A stretch of 60,700 nucleotides of DNA from Octopus bimaculoides (Eukaryota): assembly GCF_001194135.2 (NCBI RefSeq), contig NC_068983.1, positions 33,405,938 through 33,466,637 of the forward strand, given 5' to 3'. Positions 50,165-60,700 of this stretch are shown in pieces. The stretch's first letter is position 1, and every line of letters begins with the position of its first letter. Under the pieces are notes generated by a model, which searched no databases, was not told the DNA's origin, and saw only the letters and a list, made by a program, of their open reading frames with translations. The position numbers were made by a program, and so were the translations under genes.

Positions 50165-50975
50165 TGGACAATTTCATAGGGATGTTGAAGATAAGACAGT
50201 CAGGGAAAAAAGATGGCTGTGGATGACTAAAACTGATTTAAAACCGAAAACGGAGGCTGTAATCTGTGCTGCCCAAGGCCAAGCACTAAGAACAAACTAC
50301 ATAAAATACAGAATAGACAACATATCAGAAAGTGATAAGTGCAGAATCTGTGGACAAAATGGTGAAACCGTATGACATATTACCAGGCAGTATACGCCAC
50401 TAGCCCAGAAAGAATATAAGAGACGCCACGACAATATAGCAAGGCTTCTCCATTAGACTCTTTGCAACAAGTATGGAGTTGACAGAGCAAAAAAAATGGT
50501 ACGACAACAAACCCGAAGGCATCATCGAAAATGATAATGCAAAGATCCTATGGGATTTTATGATTCAGTGCGACCATGATATAGAGAATAGGAAGCCAGA
50601 TATAATCTTAATTGAGAAAGAAGGCAAACTATGCTGGATCAGAGATATAGCATGCTCAGTTGACAACGAGGTATGCGATAAGGGAGAATGAAAAGTCGAT
50701 AGATACGACAGGTTAGCTTGGGAAGTTAAGCAGTTGTGGTTGATGAAAAAGGTGGCAGTAGTACCAATAATTTTCGGATAAAATGTTGAGAAATCCTTTG
50801 AACAAATATGGGCTGCAATAAGGGTGGAGCACTTGCAGAAAACAGCACTGCTTGGAATCGCTCGAATACTCCTGATGGTGCTCGAAAAATAAGAGGTGTT
50901 ACTTTGGTTCACTGGTAGTGAATAGCTGACACCGTAGTACATCTCCAGCGTTAGAAGCTGTGCAAAGGCAATAGT
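50155..50975 (+). mobile_element. 5'-truncated R4/Dong-type non-LTR retrotransposon (CCHC knuckle plus restriction-like endonuclease), pseudogenised
   Basis: MHGQF...DLKPKTEAVICAAQGQALRTNY...DKCRICGQNGETV*HI...KRRHDNIAR, ENDNAKILWDFMIQCDHDIENRKPDIILI...DIACSVD (PD..D-type RLE); (TAA)n tail from about 50975. Confidence 0.9.
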
Positions 50976-51075
50976 AATAATGATAATAATAATAATAATA
51001 ATATATACATATATATATTTATGCATATATATGTGTGTGTGTGCATGTATGCATGATTTATTAAGCTCTCTCTCT

Positions 51076-51116
<41 letters not shown>

Positions 51117-52300
51117 NNNNNNNNNNNNNNNNNNNNNNNNNNNNNNNNNNNNNNNNNNNNNNNNNNNNNNNNNNNNNNNNNNNNNNNNNNNNNNNNNNNN
51201 NNNNNNNNNNNNNATAATAATAATAATAATATATACATATATAATGTCCGTATCTCAGTTTTATGCATTACTCATACCATTAGTTTAGAGTTGACGCTCC
51301 TCATAGAATTATTTCCCAGTTTTGTAGAAAGATTTAATGGTGTTGTTGCAAAATGTTTGTTGACAAAATGTATGTTGACCTCGGTCAGTGGGGAAAGAGT
51401 GACTGTAATTTAGGAAACAAAACACATGATTTCTTTACGTCTTTTATCGCAAGAAGGAATGGTATTTTCTGATGATATTTGAGAAGCTATTGGTATACAG
51501 ACTTTGATTTTCCTTCTTTCATTTTAATGCTTGGTCTAAGCATTTTCTCTTTTTAATAATGATTAGTTGATGAAAGCACATATAAAAAGAGAAGACGAAA
51601 CGTACTGTAAATCCTTAGTTCCTAGAACTTCAAAAGAGTCTTTCTTTCAAAGATTATAGTTATACCAAAGCCCAGTACTCACTTCAGTCGGGTACTATTT
51701 TATCGATCACTTTGTTTTGCGAATTGCTATGATACTAGTCAAGAAGTAACACAATGCAAAGACACCACTGGTTTGAACAGAAGCATACGCACATATATAC
51801 ACGCATGCAAAGGAAAATGTACATATATATAAAACTGGATTCTGGACAATTTACATCTTCCAAATTCCACCCCCAAGGCATTGGTCAACCCGAAGCTTTT
51901 GTAGCTGACACTTGACCAAGGTATTTTGCACGGAATCTATTCTGGAAGCGAGATTGTTAATCACACATCGATGCTTAGTCCCTATATGAAAACTGTTCAA
52001 AAAAATTCTCTCGGAAATAACTCTGTACTCAGGGTCTGTTACAGACTGAAGCAAAAAAATAAAAAAGGGAAAAATTCCAGTTTACCTTCTACAAATCGAA
52101 GAATACACTGTTAAATATGACTTACATCACCAGCTTTAGCACGATTTGAAAGCCGAACTCTTGTTTAATACACTTCTCTACAAAATGGAATTAACTGTTA
52201 ATCTTATTACACACACATATACACATGCGCGCTTGTGCTTACACACATTTATATCTTATAAAAGAAAGTAACTAAAATAAACAGGCTTTACTAACGAAAC

Positions 52301-52473
52301 ACAACTATTGTTTCTGTGCAGTGGTAATAGCTGCTAGATGGTGAGTTTTCCATAACATAATATCACATAAATTATCATTTTATTTCATAATATCACATAA
52401 ATTATTTTATACATAAATATATGGAAAGCTCAGCTACTAACAGCTATTACCCCTGCAGAGAAACAATTGTTGT
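52301..52473. repeat. Fold-back / MITE-like element: 54-bp imperfect inverted repeats (46/54 matches) with an internal 20-bp direct repeat
   Basis: Arms at 52301-52354 and 52420-52473; cataatatcacataaattat occurs at 52356 and 52386. Confidence 0.8.
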
Positions 52474-52639
52474 ATTTTGATATTAAAGCTTGTTCATTCC
52501 ATCTTGCTCTATAAATTTTTATATAAGTTCTGTATACACTAATAGATTTCCACATGTATGTTCAGTAAAAAGAATAACTCTGCTGCATGATAGCATAAGG
52601 TAGCCTATAACCGTACTGGAGCTTTTGAATGCACGTATT

Positions 52640-54020
52640 ATTACCATTTTAATTGTGGTCTCTGTTGTGGCCCTAAGCCTTTATTCTGTTTATTGTTTTG
52701 TCCCTCGTCTGTTGACTAACGGTCTCGTCTCGAGCCTGTCTCACTTTGTTATGTTTTGGTCCCGTTACCAGCAAGTTTCTTACCAGTGCCTCCAAAGTGG
52801 AAGCAATATTATCGATAATGACCGAAATTGCGCTTGACACAGTCGCCGATAACTGAAGAGTTGGTGACCTTCTATGTTTTCTGCTTGTCTGTGCATTTAG
52901 TATATGTTCGTATGTTTATGTACTACACGTTCTTTTTAATATATGTATATATATATATATATANNNNNNNNNNNNNNNNNNNNNNNNNNNNNNNNNNNNN
53001 NNNNNNNNNNNNNNNNNNNNNNNNNNNNNNNNNNNNNNNNNNNNNNNNNNNNNNNNNNNNNNNNNNNNNNNNNNNNNNNNNNNNNNNNNNNNNNNNNNNN
53101 NNNNNNNNNNNATATATAGACACACAAGTATGTCATATTTTCCATTCGTTGTCTTATTATTTAATCCTGAATGTTTTATTTATGTAACGCACGCACTCAT
53201 TAATTTTTTTTTACCTATTCGTAGAAATATTCTTGGAATATTTTTTTGCCACTCTGTCTCTTTACTTTGCCTTTCTTAATTTCCTTTCTCTGTCTGTCTC
53301 TCGCTGTCTGTCTTTCTCTGTTACCATCCTCCCACTAAGACGTGATCCCTGACGGCCTAAGGCAGTGTCATTCTTTTAGCGTTGCCTTCGACCGGGCTGG
53401 TCACGATTTTTCTGAGGTCCTTGCTTCACTTTTTCATTTGTTTTTCTCTTTCTCTCTGTGTGTCTTTCTCAGATACCGTCATTCTCATTTGCCCCCTCCC
53501 TATCTCTCTCTCTGTTTGCCTTTCTCTGCCACCCTCTCCCCACTATCACGTAATCCGTGGCGGATTGGTCACGATTTTCTGAGCTCCTCGCTCTACTCCT
53601 TCCGTGTTTATGGTCCTTTAGGACAGATTTCATTTCTCCTTTGCGTTACCCATTTTTGTCTTGTCTTGCAGCCCTAAAGCTCTTTTTATTTACTGTATAT
53701 GTATTATTATCATTTTAATTGTTATCTCCGTGTGGCCCTAAGCCTTTACTGTGTCTGTTGTTTTATCCCTCATCCGTTCGCTAACGGTCTCGTTTCGAGT
53801 CCGTCTCGCTTTGTTATGTTTTGGTCCCGTACGCGGCAAGGTTTTTGCGAGTGCCTCCAAAGGGGACACAATGTTATCGATAATTACCGAAGCTGCGCTT
53901 GACCCTCTGGCCGATAACTGAAGAGGAGGTGGTAACCTGTGTTTTCTGTTCGTCTGTATATTTAGTATATGTTCGTATGTTTATGTAGTAGACGTTTTTT
54001 TCAGAATAAAGTTTAATGCT
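52640..54020 (+). repeat. Two diverged direct copies of a ~300-bp unclassified repeat (about 52640-52935 and 53705-54000); the second ends in AATAAA
   Basis: Shared ggccctaagccttta...ctaacggtctcgt...tttgttatgttttggtcccgt...gtgcctccaaag...ccgataactgaagag...tttagtatatgttcgtatgtttatgta. Confidence 0.8.
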
Positions 54021-54139
54021 TTTCGATCAGCAGATTACTACTTGTTCATGCATGTGAATAGGGAGGCTTATTTTCGTTAATTTAATTAGTGTCGTGGAAT
54101 TTTGGTCATCAGAATTACCATCAGAATTATTATTATTAT

Positions 54140-54667
54140 AATTGTTCAGTAGTTTTATTTTTTTAACGTGCTTTCACTTCACTACTGAGCGCAGCTCTGT
54201 GTGCCTTGGGTATGTGCTGTGGTTTGCTGTGATGCTCTTATGGTTACTGTATTGAAAGTGTTTTGCGTAGGATGTGTGCAGTGCCCAGTAGTGCAATTTT
54301 CTGTATGTTATATATATTTGTAAGTCCTGGTGTTTTTGTTATGTATTTGTCTGAATATTTTTTTATTATACCTAAGGCACCTACTATGATAGGAATTGTT
54401 TCTGTTTTNNNNNNNNNNNNNNNNNNNNNNNNNNNNNNNNNNNNNNNNNNNNNNNNNNNNNNNNNNNNNNNNNNNNNNNNNNNNNNNNNNNNNNNNNNNN
54501 NNNNNNNNNNNNNNNNNNNNNNNNNNNNNNNNNNNNNNNNNNNNNNNNNNNNNNNNNNNNNNNNNNNNNNNNNNNNNNNNNNNNNNNNNNNNNNNNNNNN
54601 NNNNNNNNGGCATATCCCAGAGTATGGTTGCTTTCTCGTTTTCTGTGACCTCTCGTTTTCTGTGACC
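54140..54667 (-). mobile_element. 5'-truncated R4/Dong-type LINE of a second family, embedded in (TAA)n
   Basis: KVTENEKATILWDM [gap] KTETIPIIVGALGIIKK...IQKIALLGTAHILRKTLSIQ*; the 3' UTR ends aaaataaaactactgaac and is followed by (TAA)n, and (TAA)n also precedes the 5' end (54668-54696). Confidence 0.85.
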
Positions 54668-54905
54668 TTATTATTATTATTATTATTATTATTATTGGGT
54701 GAGAGAGCAGTGCGTGCCATCAAAGTGACACCGAGGTCAAATATATCTATTTTTTCGTCTTCCTTCTTGACTATGTGTGGGTCAAACGGGGCAGGCAATA
54801 TCAGCTATAAACCACATGTGGTGTATCTTGTCCACCACCACCACTACTAGGTCCGGTCTGTTATGCTCTAGCACCTGATCTGTTTGGATTGGAAAATCAC
54901 AGAAG

Positions 54906-54908
<3 letters not shown>

Positions 54909-54960
<52 letters not shown>

Positions 54961-54961
54961 G

Positions 54962-55024
<63 letters not shown>

Positions 55025-55092
55025 CTTCTCAAATACTCGGGTCGACGTAATCTCCCCGCAAAATAGTGGACTGCGCTAAAGTTAGAAATACA

Positions 55093-55150
<58 letters not shown>

Positions 55151-55159
55151 ACCATAATA

Positions 55160-55228
<69 letters not shown>

Positions 55229-55240
55229 TGTTATTATCAT
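54909..55240. repeat. Compound trinucleotide array (TTA)n-(GTA)21-spacer-(ACT)19-(TTA)n
   Basis: Read directly from the sequence; the (GTA) and (ACT) tracts are reverse complements of each other. Confidence 0.9.
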
Positions 55241-56084
55241 CTATACACCAAAGTGAAGATATTTCTAAACTTACATGCGAAATTGATAGATTACATTAAT
55301 GGACTGTAGCTTGTTGAAGCTAATTATTATGTTTTTAATTCATACTTTATCCGATAGTTAATATAGTATTTTGATCGTGAATTAACGAGGTTGTTTCACG
55401 TACTATTAGTTTTCAACCAGAGACTATTAATATTGTAATCTGCAGTAGGTTGGAACATTAAAATATGGATTTATTGTTTTTCTAAATTTATTTTTACATC
55501 ATTAATCACCACGTTCTTTCGGATACGTATTTTTGAAAAAAAAAAATTTTTTTTTCGTTTTATGTTCCTATATCTTATGTGACAGCAAACACATTTTTAA
55601 AAAAATGGAGATTGTTTTCCATTTTTATGTTTAGCTTTTCCATTATTGAAGGATCGATCGGTTGTGTTTTTAAACATTCATTCCACAGTTTTCACATTAA
55701 TGCGGTGGAAGGGCATTCAATAGATGCTAATTAATGTGGTTGTTGAAATGTTTCATGGAGAGCTATTTCTATTTGATCTTTAAGTTCTATTGCCTCCGTC
55801 TAACTACTCTTTGCAACTCATTTTTTTGTCCTTTTTTTTAAAAATTATTTTTGTGTTTGTGTTAGCCATGTATGTGTTCAACTTTTTCTCCAAATGTCGG
55901 TGATTTATTGGTTCGGTGGCTAACAGCAGTTTAGATGACATTTAGCAGACGAGAGTCGAATCTCTCCGAATAAAATACAAACCGCATTTTAAATGATTTA
56001 ATAGTTGACAAAGTGAAATGGAGGTAGCTATAATTGTGTAGTGGCTGCTGTAGTGGTGTCGAAGTAGATGTAATTCTTGTTATT

Positions 56085-56390
56085 GTTGTCGTCGTTGTTG
56101 TATAATCCCAGTCAATAATGATCGAGCAGATATATATTGAAATACATTTTATTATTGACCACGCCTTCGTTTTATATCTATCAAGAATTATCTTATCCAG
56201 TGTGACTTTCTGCCCTTAAGACAGTAAAGTGGGATTTGCGGAAAATTTAGGAACTATTCCTAGCAGGCCGAGCAATCATACTAATGCATCTTATCGTAGA
56301 TTCGTAGCTGTAGTTGTTGTTTAACGCTAGGTCAAACCTCTCCGAGAAGACCTTTTTTATCAAAGGCATTTAAGCCATGACCATCTCGAC
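56085..56390 (-). mobile_element. Family D repeat, overlapping partial copies
   Basis: gttgttgtttaacgctaggtc...tcaaaggcatttaagccatgaccatc and ttaagacagtaaagtgggatttgcggaaaattt...attcctagcaggccgagc. Confidence 0.5.
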
Positions 56391-56979
56391 TTTTATGAGT
56401 AAGTGGAACTATTAGCAAAGAGAGGGGGAAAGAGAGAGAGAGAGAGAGGGAGAGAGAGAGAGAAAGAGAGAAAGGGCATAGAGAGGTAGAGAGAGAAATG
56501 ATCTTAAAATGCTCAGAACATATATCTACATACACACACAGGCATACACACACACATATATGTATGCATATGTTTGCGTGTGTGTATCTATGTCTATTGC
56601 GGAAACTATGGCCATTCCAGAATTCTAGGATGAATTATGTACGAAGGTAACAGAAACAGTATTGTCATTGTAATTTTTAAAATCATATATCTTTAATAAT
56701 CGATGTATTCATGGTCTATTAAAACGTCAACTATATAGGGGATAAATAGCAAAAATAATCTTAATAATAATCTAGAAGCATTTATATGGGTAATTAGACA
56801 CGTCAGTGTCCTATGTATCACTTTCCAGCTAGTTTAAATTTGTGGCAACTTACCATGCATACACACATGGGTTTGTGTAAGTGTTCTTATATGTATGATT
56901 AAGCTACATATGAGTAAAGAGCAAGTACGTGAATAGAGACGAAGATAGCAGCATAGATAAAGAGACAGTCATGAAGGAG

Positions 56980-57072
<93 letters not shown>

Positions 57073-57298
57073 AGAGTATGAGGAGAAGAGAGTAATGTTG
57101 AGTGTTTAGGAATGCGTGTAAGAGATGTTCTGGACAATAAATTTCCCAAAAATTCAATATTCATTAATTAGAGTTTTATACATTTGCAAAAATGCCAGAG
57201 CCGATTCCATTAAGACGACGGGTGGTATTTGTTAACCACACTTATCGAACCGTCTGCCTTTTAGCCTTCTTTTCGAAACATTTGCCTAGATCATTGTA

Positions 57299-57359
<61 letters not shown>

Positions 57360-59714
57360 NNNNNNNNNNNNNNNNNNNNNNNNNNNNNNNNNNNNNNNNN
57401 NNNNNNNNNNNNNNNNNNNNNNNNNNNNNNNNNNNNNNNNNNNNNNNNNNNNNNNNNNNNNNNNNNNNNNNNNNNNNNNNNNNNNNNNNNNNNNNNNNNN
57501 NNNNNNNNNNNNNNNNNNNNNNNNNNNNNNNNNNNNNNNNNNNNNNNNNNNNNNNNNNNNNNNNNNNNNNNNGTATGTATATATATATATATATACATAC
57601 ATATACTCACACATACATGAATACATCAATGAGTATGTATCTATGCATGCATGCATGTATGTATGTATGTATGTATGTATGTATCTATCTATCTATCTAT
57701 CTATTTATATAAAGGCATATATGCGTATGTGTGTGTGGGTATGCTGCCATATTTCAAGAGTTTGTACAACTTAATAAAAATATAACGCAGTGCAAAATAT
57801 TGGTGGTGCTCAGCCAGAATAAAATTAATTTGCAATATAAAAAGAATCGTATCATGACTTCTTTTTTTCGTATCCGATCGCCTGTATTTCATTTTGGCGG
57901 TAGTAAAGACAAACATCAGGTGTCACGATTAGTTTGTGATTATATTTATTTCACATTATGTTCATTTCAAACTCAATTATGCCTAGTCTCTCACACTCTT
58001 CCTCTCTCTCTCTCTCTCTCTCTCTCCACACACACGCACACACAGACGCACGTGTGTGTATGTATACATATTTAAATATAAATACAAATGTACGTATATA
58101 TATATGTATATGTATATATATGTGTGTGTGAGTGTGTGTGTGTAGTGCGTGAATGTAAGTATTTGCATATATGTATGTGTGTATACATCGTACATGCTCA
58201 TATAAAGACAAATTGTAGTAAATAACATGATCACGTGAACGTATGTGTGTGAGGTTTGTTCTCAGCGCATTGGTACCAGTTCTCATAGGCTTTTATATCC
58301 TACACAAACCAAGATTCAAACATAACATTAGGTAGGGATATCGTATTTGGTGGGGTATATAACAAGGATGGACATGACATTGACACCACTCATAGGAGAA
58401 TGTGAGTCGGAATACTCAGCCAACTTTTTTTTTATTATTGCATTAAACAGCAAACTAAAATTAGGTAAGCGAATTTACATAGCCACGAGTATTACTCATT
58501 GTTTTAAATGGATGATGAGAGCACTTTAAGTAAGATCCCATTCAAATCCCGATACACAGAGGACATGCATTCATTCCAATATTGGCAGAAATATACGCCC
58601 ACTCACTGTTAAAGGTCATCTGGAACCAGAAGATAAGATAAATAATCCTATAATCAGTTGAAGCATTGGCATGAAGGCAAAGGAATACAACGGGTGACGT
58701 AAGAAGCGCAGTTTAAACATGACTGAAAACTTTGAAGTTGTAAAGTTTAGACAAAAGGGAAGAAGACAGCTCTTCATAAAAATATCAGTGCTATAATCTT
58801 TGACACACAACCCTATCCCGAACATAATTCTGTTGCAATTTGCTTAACTTCTAGTTTCCTTCTTCTCCAATCCCGCAACAAATTGTATCCAAATTTTCCC
58901 CGTTCGACACACCTTTCATACCTTTCCTTTACCTCAGAGACAGCAGCTCAATCCAGTCACTTTACCAACTCTCATCTCTTCCTTTTCATCCCCTCAAATT
59001 CTTCCTTTTCCTTTATCATCCCCATTCACCTCCTCTACAATATACTTCAACATTCAGTAATATGCCATAGGATACCACTGAAAAGCCGCTCGTAGAAGTG
59101 AAGATTCAGCAATGGATCATACGTGTACAATTTACTAACTGTCACGAAGACTAAGTGATTTTTCAAGGGAATTACTTTACAAAAGCATTACCACAGTGCA
59201 ACCTACTATCTACAGACCAACCTGAACACTAACAATGGAGTTTTGAAGAATAGCTACACACACCTTCAAGACTACATCATTTTGACTTTAACGCTTCTTG
59301 ATACCTTTTATGCCATGTTCCCCCAAATAGATTTCCACAATATTTAATAGTTCTGGACTAAAATGTTCAATGAATAAGTTACTGAACTATGCGAGAGACT
59401 ATTCTCAGGATGCAGTTTAAGATGTCTATGTGTACAATAGCACTGTTCCAGACGTGAGAGATTAAGTTTAGCCTTTGCCTGAGATTTGCGAAGTATCAAT
59501 GATTGTTGTAGTATGAAGTATCTTCTGGTTCTAAAAGAAGGGACCAATCGATTGGATGCTACCCTAGCAATGTTAAAGATACGCTCACATTATAAGAGAT
59601 TCTTGGTGATGATATTATCCGATAATTGCAACAATCTTGATGGCTTTTAATTTCGTTATTAAGAAGTGTAGTGTGATGATATGAACTGCATTTATATAAT
59701 AGAGAAAAACATAC

Positions 59715-60002
59715 CCACTATTTTCTGTCTTTTAGGAAGAATCGTCACGGCACTTTCTGCAACACTTTCTTGTTCCAATACTGGATGAATCTTGGCACCC
59801 CAACTATCACTGGCCAAGAAGGATAATTCCGATGTTCTGTTGCTTTTCTTCAAAGCTCGCAAAATACCACGACTGTTGTCTTCGTTTACAAACATCACAA
59901 CCACGCGGGAATTTGCAACACCAAGTAAATCTTTGACCAAATTATCAAACTTCTCTTCGTTCACACTGCGTGGAATCTTTAATGATCGAGCAATACAGAC
60001 AC
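59715..60002 (-). CDS. GRM: mGluR-like gene, coding exon a (Venus-flytrap lobe II): (G)VCIARSLKIPR...FLASDSWGAKIHPVLEQESVAESAVTILPKRQKIV
   Basis: Poly-T acceptor ...ttttgtag|GT at 60003/60002 and donor G|gtatgt at 59715/59714; 288 nt, phase 1-1. The peptide closely follows the group III mGluR pattern GVCIAQS.KIPR...SDSWGSKIAPV.QQE.IAEGAVTILPKR. The paralogue is unresolved. Confidence 0.95.
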
Positions 60003-60648
60003 CTACAAAAAAAAAAAAAAAGAATAAGGTTAAACAAAATAGCACTTGGAATAGAGTCAGAAAAATGCTGAAATGACATAAATTTACATTTAAATATGCA
60101 AGACATATTCAAATATTAACAGGATTAGTCTCTAAGTGATAACATATTGTCACATAACAGCTTTGTATACACGAATCACGTGACAGCCATAAACTTCTAA
60201 GTCGAATAAGTATCACTCACTTGAAAGCATTTATTCCATGTTATTGATAGTTGTTAGTTAGTTCTATGTCATCTCTGATCGTTTTGGCTTGTGATCGAAC
60301 ACGCTTCAACCACGACCATCCTGTTTTATTTTGTAAATTTATGAATACATGATCCACTGTACCCTTTTTGTCAATCAGCACAGTGTGACGGAGGAAGGTT
60401 TCGATGCTATTTCTAACAGTTCTATCAATAATATCAACATACAGATATTCTACGTTGGTGTTATTGGCTTCACAAATCCTGTATCACAGACTGACTTGTT
60501 CTTTCTGCTATGGAAACAACGTGAAGTAAAAGATCTGCTGCCACTCAACGGGTTTTGTGAAGAAAATAACACTATGCTGATATTGTTGATAAAACTATTA
60601 CAAATAACATCTAAATAGCCCACCAATCACACTGTGCTGTATATATGT

Positions 60649-60700
<52 letters not shown>

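Noticed and set aside
59692-60045. N-terminal MLFCLTLFFFFFFV as a signal peptide
   Set aside because: It is the intronic poly-T acceptor tract translated in frame with exon a.

Overview
AT-rich, microsatellite-dense, gap-ridden animal genomic DNA. The SINE families and simple-repeat load look like an octopus draft assembly; this is inference, not a database result. The whole window lies inside one minus-strand class C GPCR gene, a metabotropic glutamate receptor (mGluR)-like gene. I can reconstruct five coding exons with consistent splice phases: 60002-59715, 40564-40430, 33310-(<=33135, end lost in an N gap), 15597-15474 and 10678-9757. Together they give about 548 aa, covering the C-terminal half of the Venus-flytrap domain, the 9-Cys domain and TM1-TM6. 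The N-terminal exons lie beyond 60700. I could not find the TM7/C-tail exon, so it is before base 1 or in a gap. The introns are filled with decayed transposons: four short interspersed repeat families, two mariners, a Helitron helicase fragment, CR1/Jockey-type LINE fragments, a Penelope-like fragment and three R4/Dong-type RLE LINE fragments sitting in (TAA)n. The most interesting observation is that the lysine that binds glutamate's distal carboxylate in vertebrate mGluRs (EQEGKVQFV) is Leu here (QQEGLVQFV), which hints at altered ligand specificity. I see no evidence of a wholly new biological system. Nearly all ORFs in the supplied track are microsatellite or N-gap artefacts, and several local duplications are probably assembly artefacts.
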